A stretch of 39,969 bases of DNA from Promethearchaeota archaeon (lineage in GTDB: Archaea; Asgardarchaeota; Lokiarchaeia; Sigyniarchaeales; SOKP01): positions 1-39,969 of the forward strand of contig RDOE01000025.1 of assembly GCA_011364975.1 (NCBI GenBank), written 5' to 3'. The notes beneath the pieces are model-generated. The model was not told the DNA's origin. It saw nothing but the letters and a program-made list of their open reading frames with translations, and searched no databases. Each line of letters starts with the position of its first letter. Position 1 is the first letter of the stretch. Of the stretch, positions 19,918 to 28,388 are shown piece by piece. A program made the translations under genes and the position numbers.

Positions 19918-21147
19918 ATGATTTATATGGAAGGACATATTCATTTTGAAGATTTAAATGTCGAATTTGGGTATTCTTGCATGCCGGATCGATTGCATTA
20001 TTTTACGAAAGAAGAAAATGATTTTCGTATGGAAGTACGCGAATGGTGCCGAGATAATATATGGCCTGTAGCTGAAAAGATTGATCGGGAACGAAATAAA
20101 GATTTGGCTGTAGAAACTTTACGAAAAATGAAACCATTTTTAAATATAATTATTCCTAAAGAAGCTGGTGGACAAGGCAAGGGTGTTCTTTATAGAACTA
20201 TTTTTGGAGAGGAACTTACTGCTTTCAATTATGCGTTGGCAGGTATTTTTGGAGCTTCTTCTTGTTTATTTGCAGGTCCACTTATTGAATTTGGAACACC
20301 GGAACAAAAAAGGAAGTACTTATCAGGGATTTCTGATGGTTCAAAAATCGGAGCAATAGGAATCACTGAACCTACCGGAGGGTCTGATGCTGTTGGAGGA
20401 ATGAAATTAAGAGCCAAGAAAGAAGGTGATCATTACATTCTAAATGGAGAAAAATGTTTTATCACTAATGGTAGTGTTGCGGATTACATTTGTCTATATG
20501 CGATTACAAATGATCAGGTAAAACCTCATCAAGGAATGACCGCTTTCATATTTGAGACAGATACACCTGGTTTTGAAGTTGTCAAAGATTATAATCATAT
20601 GGGACGAAGAGGTATGCCAAATTCTCATCTAAGATTCAACAATTGTAAGATCCCTGCAGAAAATATTCTATTTAAAGAGAATTCCGGAGTGGATGTTTTA
20701 ATGTTCGGACTTGATGGTGAAAGAACCTTTACTGCATCCCAATATGTTGGCTTAGCAAGAAGTGCATTTGAGATAGCTTATAGATATGCTCATAAGAGAG
20801 TACAATTTAAAGAACCGCTTTATTCTTTTCAAGGAATTTCCTTTAAATTGACAGAAATGTTTATGGATATTGAATTACATAGAATGGCTGTCACACAAAT
20901 AGCAAGAATGCTTGATGATGGACACAATGTTAGGGCTTCTGTAGCCGCAGTAAAAACCAGAATTGCGGATGCTACTGTACGAATTACTCAAGACGCAATC
21001 CAGATTGTGGGAGGACTAGGTTATTCAGAAGAATATCCTTTAGAAAGGTTTTACAGAGATTCTAAAATTGGCCAAATTTCAGCCGGTACTTCTGAAATTA
21101 TGCGATATATAATAACTAGAGAAATGATTCGCATGTTCGGTAAATAA
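19918..21147 (+). CDS. acyl-CoA dehydrogenase (isovaleryl-CoA dehydrogenase-like)
   Basis: GITEPTGGSD, LNGEKCFITNG, RVQF, AIQIVGGLGY, ERFYRD, AGTSEIMR. Confidence 0.93.
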   Translation: MIYMEGHIHFEDLNVEFGYSCMPDRLHYFTKEENDFRMEVREWCRDNIWPVAEKIDRERNKDLAVETLRKMKPFLNIIIPKEAGGQGKGVLYRTIFGEELTAFNYALAGIFGASSCLFAGPLIEFGTPEQKRKYLSGISDGSKIGAIGITEPTGGSDAVGGMKLRAKKEGDHYILNGEKCFITNGSVADYICLYAITNDQVKPHQGMTAFIFETDTPGFEVVKDYNHMGRRGMPNSHLRFNNCKIPAENILFKENSGVDVLMFGLDGERTFTASQYVGLARSAFEIAYRYAHKRVQFKEPLYSFQGISFKLTEMFMDIELHRMAVTQIARMLDDGHNVRASVAAVKTRIADATVRITQDAIQIVGGLGYSEEYPLERFYRDSKIGQISAGTSEIMRYIITREMIRMFGK

Positions 21148-21156
21148 AGTTTTTAC

Positions 21157-22068
21157 TTATTTTTTTATTAATCTATACTCTTTTTTTATCAATTCATTTA
21201 CTTGCCATAAAGGTAAAGAGAATGGTCCTATCGACTCCATTTTAAGTGATGTTAAAGCTGCAGAAAAAAGTAAAGAATCAATTGGTGGTTTTGTTAAACG
21301 AGAACCAAGATAACTTATAAATGCAGTATCCCCTCTTCCTGTTCGACCGATTGTGCTCGTATTTTTCCAGGGAAAAAAGGAAGTTATTTGATCTGTGATG
21401 AGATTGATTCCTCCCTTATGGGTAATTAAGACCTCTTTAGGTCCTATTGCTTTTAAATATTTTCCTGCTGAGAATAAATCCTTATTTTTAGTTAGTAGTT
21501 TGACTTCTGTTTCATCCGTTTTTAAGAAATCGACTTTAGAGATGATTTCTAACTTCTCTTTCTCTGTAAGGTCAAAATACATCATTTTATCCTCTTTTAC
21601 ACCACGCATAAACCCTTGAACATCTAAGGCAAGTTTACCCTTAAATCTTAATGCTAAATTCTCTAAAAGGTCAAGTTCTATCTCACCTGCGATTATTGGG
21701 CCAACAACAAACAACTTAGTATTGATATCAGGGATATCTTCTATAGAAAAAGCACCCGCAAATCCTAATGGTTCATAATCTCTAATCTCCATATTTTTCG
21801 AAGAATAAATATTCTTAATTCCAGATGTCTCTTCGGAGGGATAAGCAAAACAATTGATTCCATTTTTTTTAAAGACATCTAAATACTGAAAATCTTCCTT
21901 TCTTAATCGTGTAATTATCGTAATTTTGAGTCCCATATGGCTTCCAGCGATTCCACCATAATACACCGCACCACCTAACACATTGTGGCTCTTACCATCA
22001 ATTTCGATAACATCCTTGGCAAAATGCCCTAAAATTGTTAGGTCATATTTTGGTTTTTGTCTAACCAT
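21157..22068 (-). CDS. PfkB/ribokinase family carbohydrate kinase
   Basis: GHFAKD, GGAVYY, ALDVQG, ITHKGG and C-terminal GRTGRGDT anion-hole motif. Confidence 0.85.
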   Translation of the reverse strand: MVRQKPKYDLTILGHFAKDVIEIDGKSHNVLGGAVYYGGIAGSHMGLKITIITRLRKEDFQYLDVFKKNGINCFAYPSEETSGIKNIYSSKNMEIRDYEPLGFAGAFSIEDIPDINTKLFVVGPIIAGEIELDLLENLALRFKGKLALDVQGFMRGVKEDKMMYFDLTEKEKLEIISKVDFLKTDETEVKLLTKNKDLFSAGKYLKAIGPKEVLITHKGGINLITDQITSFFPWKNTSTIGRTGRGDTAFISYLGSRLTKPPIDSLLFSAALTSLKMESIGPFSLPLWQVNELIKKEYRLIKK

Positions 22069-22163
22069 AATTATGTTAAAAATAATATAGGATGAATAAA
22101 AGAAGTTATTGTTTTCCCAAATTACACCTAAAAAATAAAAAGAGATAATGAAAAATAGTTTTA

Positions 22164-22382
22164 TTATTCATACACTAATATATTACTTACTTTAGAATTA
22201 CTAATATAACTTTCTAAAACCTTTTCTTGAATTTTATAAATGCTTGAAGCATTTTCGATAGTACAATTCCAATCGTAACATTTCCTATCATTATTAAACA
22301 TTATTCCGCAGTGAATGAAATGATAAGAACCTTCAGGGTGGTTTTCACCGCATTTCATACATTTGACCATTAGTTTTTTCAC
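22164..22382 (-). pseudogene. degenerate zinc-ribbon protein fragment or small hypothetical protein
   Basis: KCMKCGENHPEGSYHFIHCG resembles a zinc ribbon (CxxCG...FCxxCG) that has lost a Cys. Short and isolated. Confidence 0.35.
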
Positions 22383-22652
22383 ATCACCATGTTTTATGAT
22401 GGGGATATTTTTCCCATACTTATTAAAAAAAAACCATTGGTACTTAATAAATATTTTTGTTATTTTGTTTAAAATCCAAGGTAAAAAACTTCAGATGATA
22501 TCATTAAAAGATTTGTTTACCTGAAAAAAGGTTAGAATAAATTCCTTTTTATTTCATTTTGTTCAAAACAATCTCTCTTGGTATTTAAATGATCTTTTTC
22601 AAACTGAACAATTTTTATTTCCTACAATAAAAAGAAAAAAGTTGAAAAAGAA

Positions 22653-23474
22653 CTAATTTTTCAAAAAATTTATTATCAATTCATTTACTTTGGGAGCTTC
22701 TTCTAAGAAGACATGATGAGCAGTATTATCAACTAACTCTAAAGTACTTTTTGGTAGTTTTTCATTCATCTCGTCCATGACCAATTTTGGTGAGAGTTTA
22801 TCATTGCTGGCACAAATTAATAAAACGGGAATTCTAATCTCAGTTAACCTATTTAATACATTATGAGTTGATACTGCCTGGGAAAGGTTTTCATAATCTG
22901 ATGGGGTTAATTTATTATCATGAAATTCTTTCATCAAATCCTCTGCAGACCAGAGACCGTAGAACTTTTTTTTGACATCAGCTTGCATTTCCTTGATAAA
23001 TTTTCTATGATGTACAAGTTTTGCGTATTTCCAATATGCTTGTTCTTTATCCGTTTTGGATAACTCATATAAATCTAATAAGGTGTTTTTAAAAATGTCA
23101 ATTCCATCGCCTTTATGATTAGTACCTAATAAAACTATTTTATTAACGCGGTTCGGGTATTTTAAAACAAAATTTTGTGTCACCCAACCACCCATTGACT
23201 GCCCAATAACGTTAGCCTTGTCTATCTTTAGAAAATCCATTATTCCTTTAAAATCTTCGACTAGATCATCGAGTGTAAATGGTTCTTTAGGATGATCTGA
23301 CTTTCCGGAGCTACGAGAATCATATCTTATAACTTTAAAATGTTTTGATAAAGGTTCAGCTTGAGCTATCCATATTTCACTAGTAGCACCATATCCATGG
23401 AGAAGGAAAAGTGGGTATCCCTCTCCTTGAATATCATAATATAATTTTAATCCATTAACTTCTGCAAATGGCAT
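22653..23474 (-). CDS. alpha/beta hydrolase
   Basis: LLHGYG, YDSRSSGKS, nucleophile elbow GQSMGG, catalytic Asp (SNDKL) and His (TAHH). Confidence 0.92.
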   Translation of the reverse strand: MPFAEVNGLKLYYDIQGEGYPLFLLHGYGATSEIWIAQAEPLSKHFKVIRYDSRSSGKSDHPKEPFTLDDLVEDFKGIMDFLKIDKANVIGQSMGGWVTQNFVLKYPNRVNKIVLLGTNHKGDGIDIFKNTLLDLYELSKTDKEQAYWKYAKLVHHRKFIKEMQADVKKKFYGLWSAEDLMKEFHDNKLTPSDYENLSQAVSTHNVLNRLTEIRIPVLLICASNDKLSPKLVMDEMNEKLPKSTLELVDNTAHHVFLEEAPKVNELIINFLKN

Positions 23475-23572
23475 AATATGAAGTTTAAATCTAGTTTTAT
23501 TTATAGCTTTTTAGAAAAACATTTGAAATCTAAAAATAGATTTTAAATTTATGCTTTCTTCTAGAATCAATA

Positions 23573-23779
23573 ATGAAGGATAATAAGAGAGAAGTTATTA
23601 AAAATAGTATTTTCACTGCAATTTCATTAGTTTTGTCAATATTATCCATTAACTATTTAGTAAATGGACATTTTTTAAACTGGATTGAGTATCAAAATAT
23701 TATTACTCTTAGTGTGGTATTAATTTTCTTTACGATTTTTTTCTTTTTTACCAGTTTACATCATGTAATAAAAAATTAG
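23573..23779 (+). CDS. small 2-TM membrane protein
   Basis: 68 aa with two hydrophobic helices and an ATG start after an AT-rich promoter-like gap. Confidence 0.5.
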   Translation: MKDNKREVIKNSIFTAISLVLSILSINYLVNGHFLNWIEYQNIITLSVVLIFFTIFFFFTSLHHVIKN

Positions 23780-23861
23780 CAATATGCCTAAGATTCAATG
23801 ATTTCAGTAAATTCCGAGCCTCTATCTTCTTATTAGGATTTAAATCTAATTAATTTGATCT

Positions 23862-24089
23862 ATGAAAAGTAATAATACTCATTTGAAGTGTTGCGTTGAT
23901 TGTGGAAAACCAATTAATTTTAATGAATTTTGTCAAAATAATCCCGCTTTAAAAAGTGAAAATGCGAAAGCATTATATTATAATCCTATAATAAGTATTT
24001 ATTGTTTGAATTGTTATTTTGAAAGACCGGAAAAACCATTTAAACAAAAAAGACGGGGTTTCTCTTATTATAAGAAGAATTATTTATGA
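23862..24089 (+). CDS. small zinc-finger-like protein
   Basis: CVDCG...YCLNC (two CxxC) and a basic C-terminus. Confidence 0.65.
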   Translation: MKSNNTHLKCCVDCGKPINFNEFCQNNPALKSENAKALYYNPIISIYCLNCYFERPEKPFKQKRRGFSYYKKNYL

Positions 24090-24104
24090 GCATAATAAAC
24101 ATAA

Positions 24105-24641
24105 GTGTTATTAATATACAATATAATATTATCACTAATGGAATTCCACAAAAAGCTTCTAGCGTATTTGTTAAGTATAGCAATTATATGTAACATCTTA
24201 CCAGTAGCATTAGCTAACGGTATTGCGCCCCCTCTTTTAAGTGAGCCAGGATTATATATTTCAGTTCTGATTTTAATGATAATAGTTACGATTATGGTTG
24301 AATATGGAATTTTTTATTTATTTCTTAAAGAACGGTATGATATAGATAGAACTATCGCATTACCAGTAATCTATGTGAACCTTGGAACAATTTTGATTAC
24401 TAATTTAGCAGCAAAACTACTTTTTATTAACTATTCCTACATTATTACTTTGTTTCTTTTAGCAGAATTAATTCCATTCATTTTTGAACCTATAATTTTT
24501 TATTTTATATTCAAAAACCTTAAAAAAGTAAATAATCTTGATTTATCTTTCGCTAGGTTTATTCTAATGATCTTCACAGCAAATCTTGCCTCATTTTTAA
24601 TGGGGTGGTTGGTATATCCATTTCCGTTTATCATTCTATAA
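24105..24641 (+). CDS. hypothetical membrane protein (~5 TM)
   Basis: Hydrophobic ORF with TIMVE, VNL.T, FIFE and ANLASF. The likely start is the ATG at 24138. Confidence 0.7.
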   Translation: MLLIYNIILSLMEFHKKLLAYLLSIAIICNILPVALANGIAPPLLSEPGLYISVLILMIIVTIMVEYGIFYLFLKERYDIDRTIALPVIYVNLGTILITNLAAKLLFINYSYIITLFLLAELIPFIFEPIIFYFIFKNLKKVNNLDLSFARFILMIFTANLASFLMGWLVYPFPFIIL

Positions 24642-24685
24642 TCAAATTTTAAAACTAAAAATTATATTTAAATAAAAATTTAAGT

Positions 24686-25306
24686 ATGACTAAAACAAAT
24701 TATTGTTCTAATTGTGGCAGAAAGATAGACCCTCAAGTAGCCTATTGTCAATATTGCGAAGAAAGTATGGTATCTAATTATCCAAAAACAATAAATCAAG
24801 CTAAAAATAATACAACACTTGATAATAATAATAATTCTTTAAATACTTTAAAAGTAATAAGTAAGTTAGGGGCTCCGTTGGAAAAAGGTGAGTGGTCATT
24901 ATTTATTGTAGGTTTATTATTAGTTATTTTTGGTTATGTTTTCTTTTTTCTTGAGATTTCTAATTTATTTTTCAAGTCCACCATATTTATTACCTTGGGG
25001 TTTCTTTTCCTCTATACAAGCATTAATTTGAAATGGCGTGGGGTATTCTTATTAATTTTAGCTTGTGTGACAATTATGATCTTTAGTGAATATATAGTTC
25101 AATTATTTAAAATATCATTTAGCCAATTGAGGAGATTGACTCCTCAATTCTTATTATTAATCTTGTTATTCATTATAATAGCTTGTGGAATAAGGTTAAT
25201 TCTGCAACCTACTCAACAACTAAGTATTATAGGGGGTTTATTTGCCTTTATTTTATTTCTAATTGACTTTTATTTTATGAGTTTCATCTTATACTTTCTT
25301 TTATAG
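24686..25306 (+). CDS. zinc-ribbon domain membrane protein
   Basis: CSNCGRKIDPQVAYCQYC, an Asn-rich linker, then ~5 TM helices. Confidence 0.7.
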   Translation: MTKTNYCSNCGRKIDPQVAYCQYCEESMVSNYPKTINQAKNNTTLDNNNNSLNTLKVISKLGAPLEKGEWSLFIVGLLLVIFGYVFFFLEISNLFFKSTIFITLGFLFLYTSINLKWRGVFLLILACVTIMIFSEYIVQLFKISFSQLRRLTPQFLLLILLFIIIACGIRLILQPTQQLSIIGGLFAFILFLIDFYFMSFILYFLL

Positions 25307-26003
25307 CGTTTACTATGCAGTTGATAAGTGAAATAGTTAAGGAATAATCTAAACGTATGTATTTAGCAACTTCAATTTGTATAGCATTTACTTTAGCAGA
25401 GTTATAATATTTATGAGTGATATATCCTCCCGAATATGCAATATTGAAATCTGATGTTGCTAAACCGTCATCGACCGTAAAAATCTTCGAGAGAGAATTA
25501 TATAGTTGAGAACAACCCCAATACCGCTCACAATTTTGGCTATCGGACTCAAGCATGATATCAAGTGTTTTCCCAAATACGTGACCTAAAATGATGTCTG
25601 GATATTCATTACAAGGGCGAGTAAAACCATGAAAATCTATTATGAGTGCCTTATCAAATCTCTCAATACATTCATGGGAAAATTTGGCTAGCTGTTCATG
25701 AAATGCATGATGAATGTTTTCTGCTTCTAGAGAAGATTGATTAAATGCGGAATCTGAATGAGCTGGCCTATTTAAATCTATTTTTGTCCTGTGTATTTTA
25801 TTTAAGATATAATAAAGGTGTATATCGTGATTACTAAGCATGTTTATAATCTGCTTTACAATAAAATACGTGTTAATATCTGGAATTTTATATCCTTCCT
25901 TTTTATCGGGGATTCTACTTGGTTTTTTAAATCCTCCGTGAGGACAGGATAGAATTATAGGTATGTTACCTTTGGCGATTTCAAAGTATTTTGATAAAAG
26001 CAT
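25284..26003 (-). CDS. N-formylglutamate amidohydrolase-like Zn-dependent hydrolase
   Basis: ILSCPHGG, IHRTKIDLNR, IIDFHG, PDIILG, YSGGYIT, AIQIEV. Confidence 0.8.
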   Translation of the reverse strand: MLLSKYFEIAKGNIPIILSCPHGGFKKPSRIPDKKEGYKIPDINTYFIVKQIINMLSNHDIHLYYILNKIHRTKIDLNRPAHSDSAFNQSSLEAENIHHAFHEQLAKFSHECIERFDKALIIDFHGFTRPCNEYPDIILGHVFGKTLDIMLESDSQNCERYWGCSQLYNSLSKIFTVDDGLATSDFNIAYSGGYITHKYYNSAKVNAIQIEVAKYIRLDYSLTISLINCIVNAIKESIR

Positions 26004-26277
26004 TCAAAAAATAAAATTAATTCCAATATAAAAAATTTAATACAATAATAAAGATAAAAGTAGAAAGAGCTATATCTTACTATTTATGGAAAAAAATCAA
26101 ATCATCTTATTTATGTCGTAAATTAAATGTTGCATTTTCTCTAAAAGATGATTTGAAACAATAACACACTAATAAAATATTTTCATAATGTTTTTTAAAT
26201 GTGAATTTTTTTCATAATTACAATAAAGTAAAATTTTACAATTTACAAGTTACTAATTTATTGAGGTTGGGGATAGT

Positions 26278-26565
26278 ATGACTATAAATGATTTGATATC
26301 TTTCTTGAAAAAGAAAGGTTTTAGGGATACTTTGGAGGTTCTTATGCAATTTAAGAATTATAAGACGGACAAGCACACTTTTTATAATGAACTAAATAAG
26401 TTCAGTTATTATAATTCGTTTTTCCGTGTAAAGGAAGACCTGATTAATAAAGGACTTATTGAAATTGAAAAGAATGATAAGAAAAAATACGTAAGACTCA
26501 CCGATAAGGGATTAGAAGTCTATCATAGACTCGTGGAAATTAATGAATTGCTCAATAAAAAATAA
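26278..26565 (+). CDS. small winged-helix DNA-binding protein
   Basis: LINKGLIE...YVRLTDKG wing motif, with a strong GAGGT/GGGG RBS-like tract upstream. Confidence 0.75.
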   Translation: MTINDLISFLKKKGFRDTLEVLMQFKNYKTDKHTFYNELNKFSYYNSFFRVKEDLINKGLIEIEKNDKKKYVRLTDKGLEVYHRLVEINELLNKK

Positions 26566-26673
26566 GAACCAACCAAAAGAGTAATCTAACTAGTTTACTC
26601 ATTATTTTTTAATTCAATCTTTTCTTTTCTATTTAAATTACTTAAAAAAACAAAATCAATAATTTGTATAATA

Positions 26674-27306
26674 ATGATTATTAAAAGATTGGTTGTAGGA
26701 CCGTTAGGGACTAATTGTTACATTTTTGGTTCAGAAAAAACGAAAGAAGTAGTAATAATTGATCCTGGTGGAGATGCGGATATTATTATAAAATCTGTAG
26801 AAGATTTAGGAGCAAAACCGGTAGCTGTATTACTTACTCATGGACATTTTGACCATACCACGAAAGTCGGTAGAGTAATGCGTTATTTCGATATCCCTTT
26901 AATGTATCACAAAAATGAAAATATCTATGGCGTATTTTCTCAAAAACAAGCAGATCGGTGGTTAAATGAGGGGGATACTATAACAGTAGGAGAAATAACC
27001 CTACATACCTTAGAGACCCCAGGACACTCACCTGGCTCTCTGTGCTTTTATTCGAATGATGTTAAAGAATTTAATGGTCAATCAATTGATGGAATTCTTT
27101 TTTCAGGAGATTTAATTTTTAAAGGAAGTATAGGAAGATCAGATTTTGGTGGCGGAGATCAAGAATTATTATTTTCCAGTATTAAAAATAAGATAATGTA
27201 TAATATTGTTATTACAGATACTTTTGTAATATTTCCAGGACATATGGGAATTACCACTGTTGGATTGGAAAGGAAAACTAATATGTTCCGATCATATTTC
27301 CTTTAA
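26674..27306 (+). CDS. MBL-fold metallo-hydrolase (glyoxalase II-like)
   Basis: TNCY, IDPG, THGHFDH, TPGHSPG, FSGD, PGH. Confidence 0.92.
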   Translation: MIIKRLVVGPLGTNCYIFGSEKTKEVVIIDPGGDADIIIKSVEDLGAKPVAVLLTHGHFDHTTKVGRVMRYFDIPLMYHKNENIYGVFSQKQADRWLNEGDTITVGEITLHTLETPGHSPGSLCFYSNDVKEFNGQSIDGILFSGDLIFKGSIGRSDFGGGDQELLFSSIKNKIMYNIVITDTFVIFPGHMGITTVGLERKTNMFRSYFL

Positions 27307-27411
27307 TATTTTGGATTGAATGATTTATATCTTATTAAAATAATTTTTTAAGTACAGAATATATTAATATTATAAATAAAAATAATAATTTGCATTATTG
27401 AGTAGATTAAC

Positions 27412-27696
27412 GTGATAAATCGTCAAGAAGTTAAAGCAATAATTAGACGCTTTGAGGAGCGTGAGGGAATTAGAGGTGTTATTATTTGCGATTCAAGTGG
27501 ATTACCTATTGATTCTAATATGGATATTGAGTTAAGCGAAGAAGTTGCTGCCTATGTAACATCACTTATTGGCAAGGGTAAACAGGTAGTAGATGCATTA
27601 AATGAAGGGGCTCTTAAATTCATAAGACTTGAAACCTCTAAAGGTGAAACTATGGTCGCTTTAGAAGAGAACCTAATTCTTATAATCCTAAAATAG
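27412..27696 (+). CDS. Roadblock/LC7 domain protein (dynein light chain roadblock-like)
   Basis: EGIRGVIICDSSGLPIDSNMD...LKFIRLETSKGETMVA, 94 aa. Confidence 0.88.
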   Translation: MINRQEVKAIIRRFEEREGIRGVIICDSSGLPIDSNMDIELSEEVAAYVTSLIGKGKQVVDALNEGALKFIRLETSKGETMVALEENLILIILK

Positions 27697-27985
27697 ATTT
27701 ATCTCTAATTATCTTAGCTTTTATATTCCTACTTTAATTTTTCTTAACAAATTTTGAGTTATTTGAGTTTTAATTTTAGAATTAGTATTTCTAATTAAAA
27801 TATTAAAAGTCGAGTTATCTTTCTAAAACATTAGAATGGTATTTTTTTTTTAACTTAAGCTTTCTTATTTGATAAATTTAAATTTTTTTGAACTATATAT
27901 TTATTTAGAATAATTTCTATACCAGAGATAATAAACTAATTCTGAATTTAAAATTTATAAAAATAACATAAAGTGGAGTATTTTA

Positions 27986-28339
27986 ATGGCGGATAAAAAA
28001 GTTCTTGAACAGAAAATGGCGGAATTAATGGATATTGTGCCTGAATGTGAAGGATTAATCGCAGCAGATATGGATGGTAAAGTACTTGTTGGACAGACAC
28101 TGTTAGAAATGGATCATGGCACAATTGCGAAATTTTGCGCAGGAATACTTAAAGAAACAAATAATTTTGGTAAAGGTGTAGGCAAGGGATCATTAAAAGC
28201 GACAACTATCGAATTAGAGAAAGGATATGCTATTTTGGTTGGTTCTGATACAATAATATTAATAGCCTTAGCGGGATTAGATGGGAAATCCTCCTTAAGT
28301 TTATTAAAGAGACATCTCATATCAATATCTAAAACATAA
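27986..28339 (+). CDS. Roadblock/LAMTOR2 (MglB-like) domain protein
   Basis: PECEGLIAADMDGKVL...GKGSLKATTIELEKGYAILVG. GGAG RBS-like tract upstream. Confidence 0.78.
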   Translation: MADKKVLEQKMAELMDIVPECEGLIAADMDGKVLVGQTLLEMDHGTIAKFCAGILKETNNFGKGVGKGSLKATTIELEKGYAILVGSDTIILIALAGLDGKSSLSLLKRHLISISKT

Positions 28340-28388
28340 ATTTATTCTATCTTTTTTTAAAGTAAAGAAATAGAAAAGAAATTTTGTA

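Noticed and set aside
25284-25306. 23-nt overlap of convergent genes
   Set aside because: Short 3' overlaps are common in compact AT-rich genomes.
27770-27808. AT-rich inverted repeat between the roadblock genes
   Set aside because: Almost all A/T, so expected by chance at this base composition.
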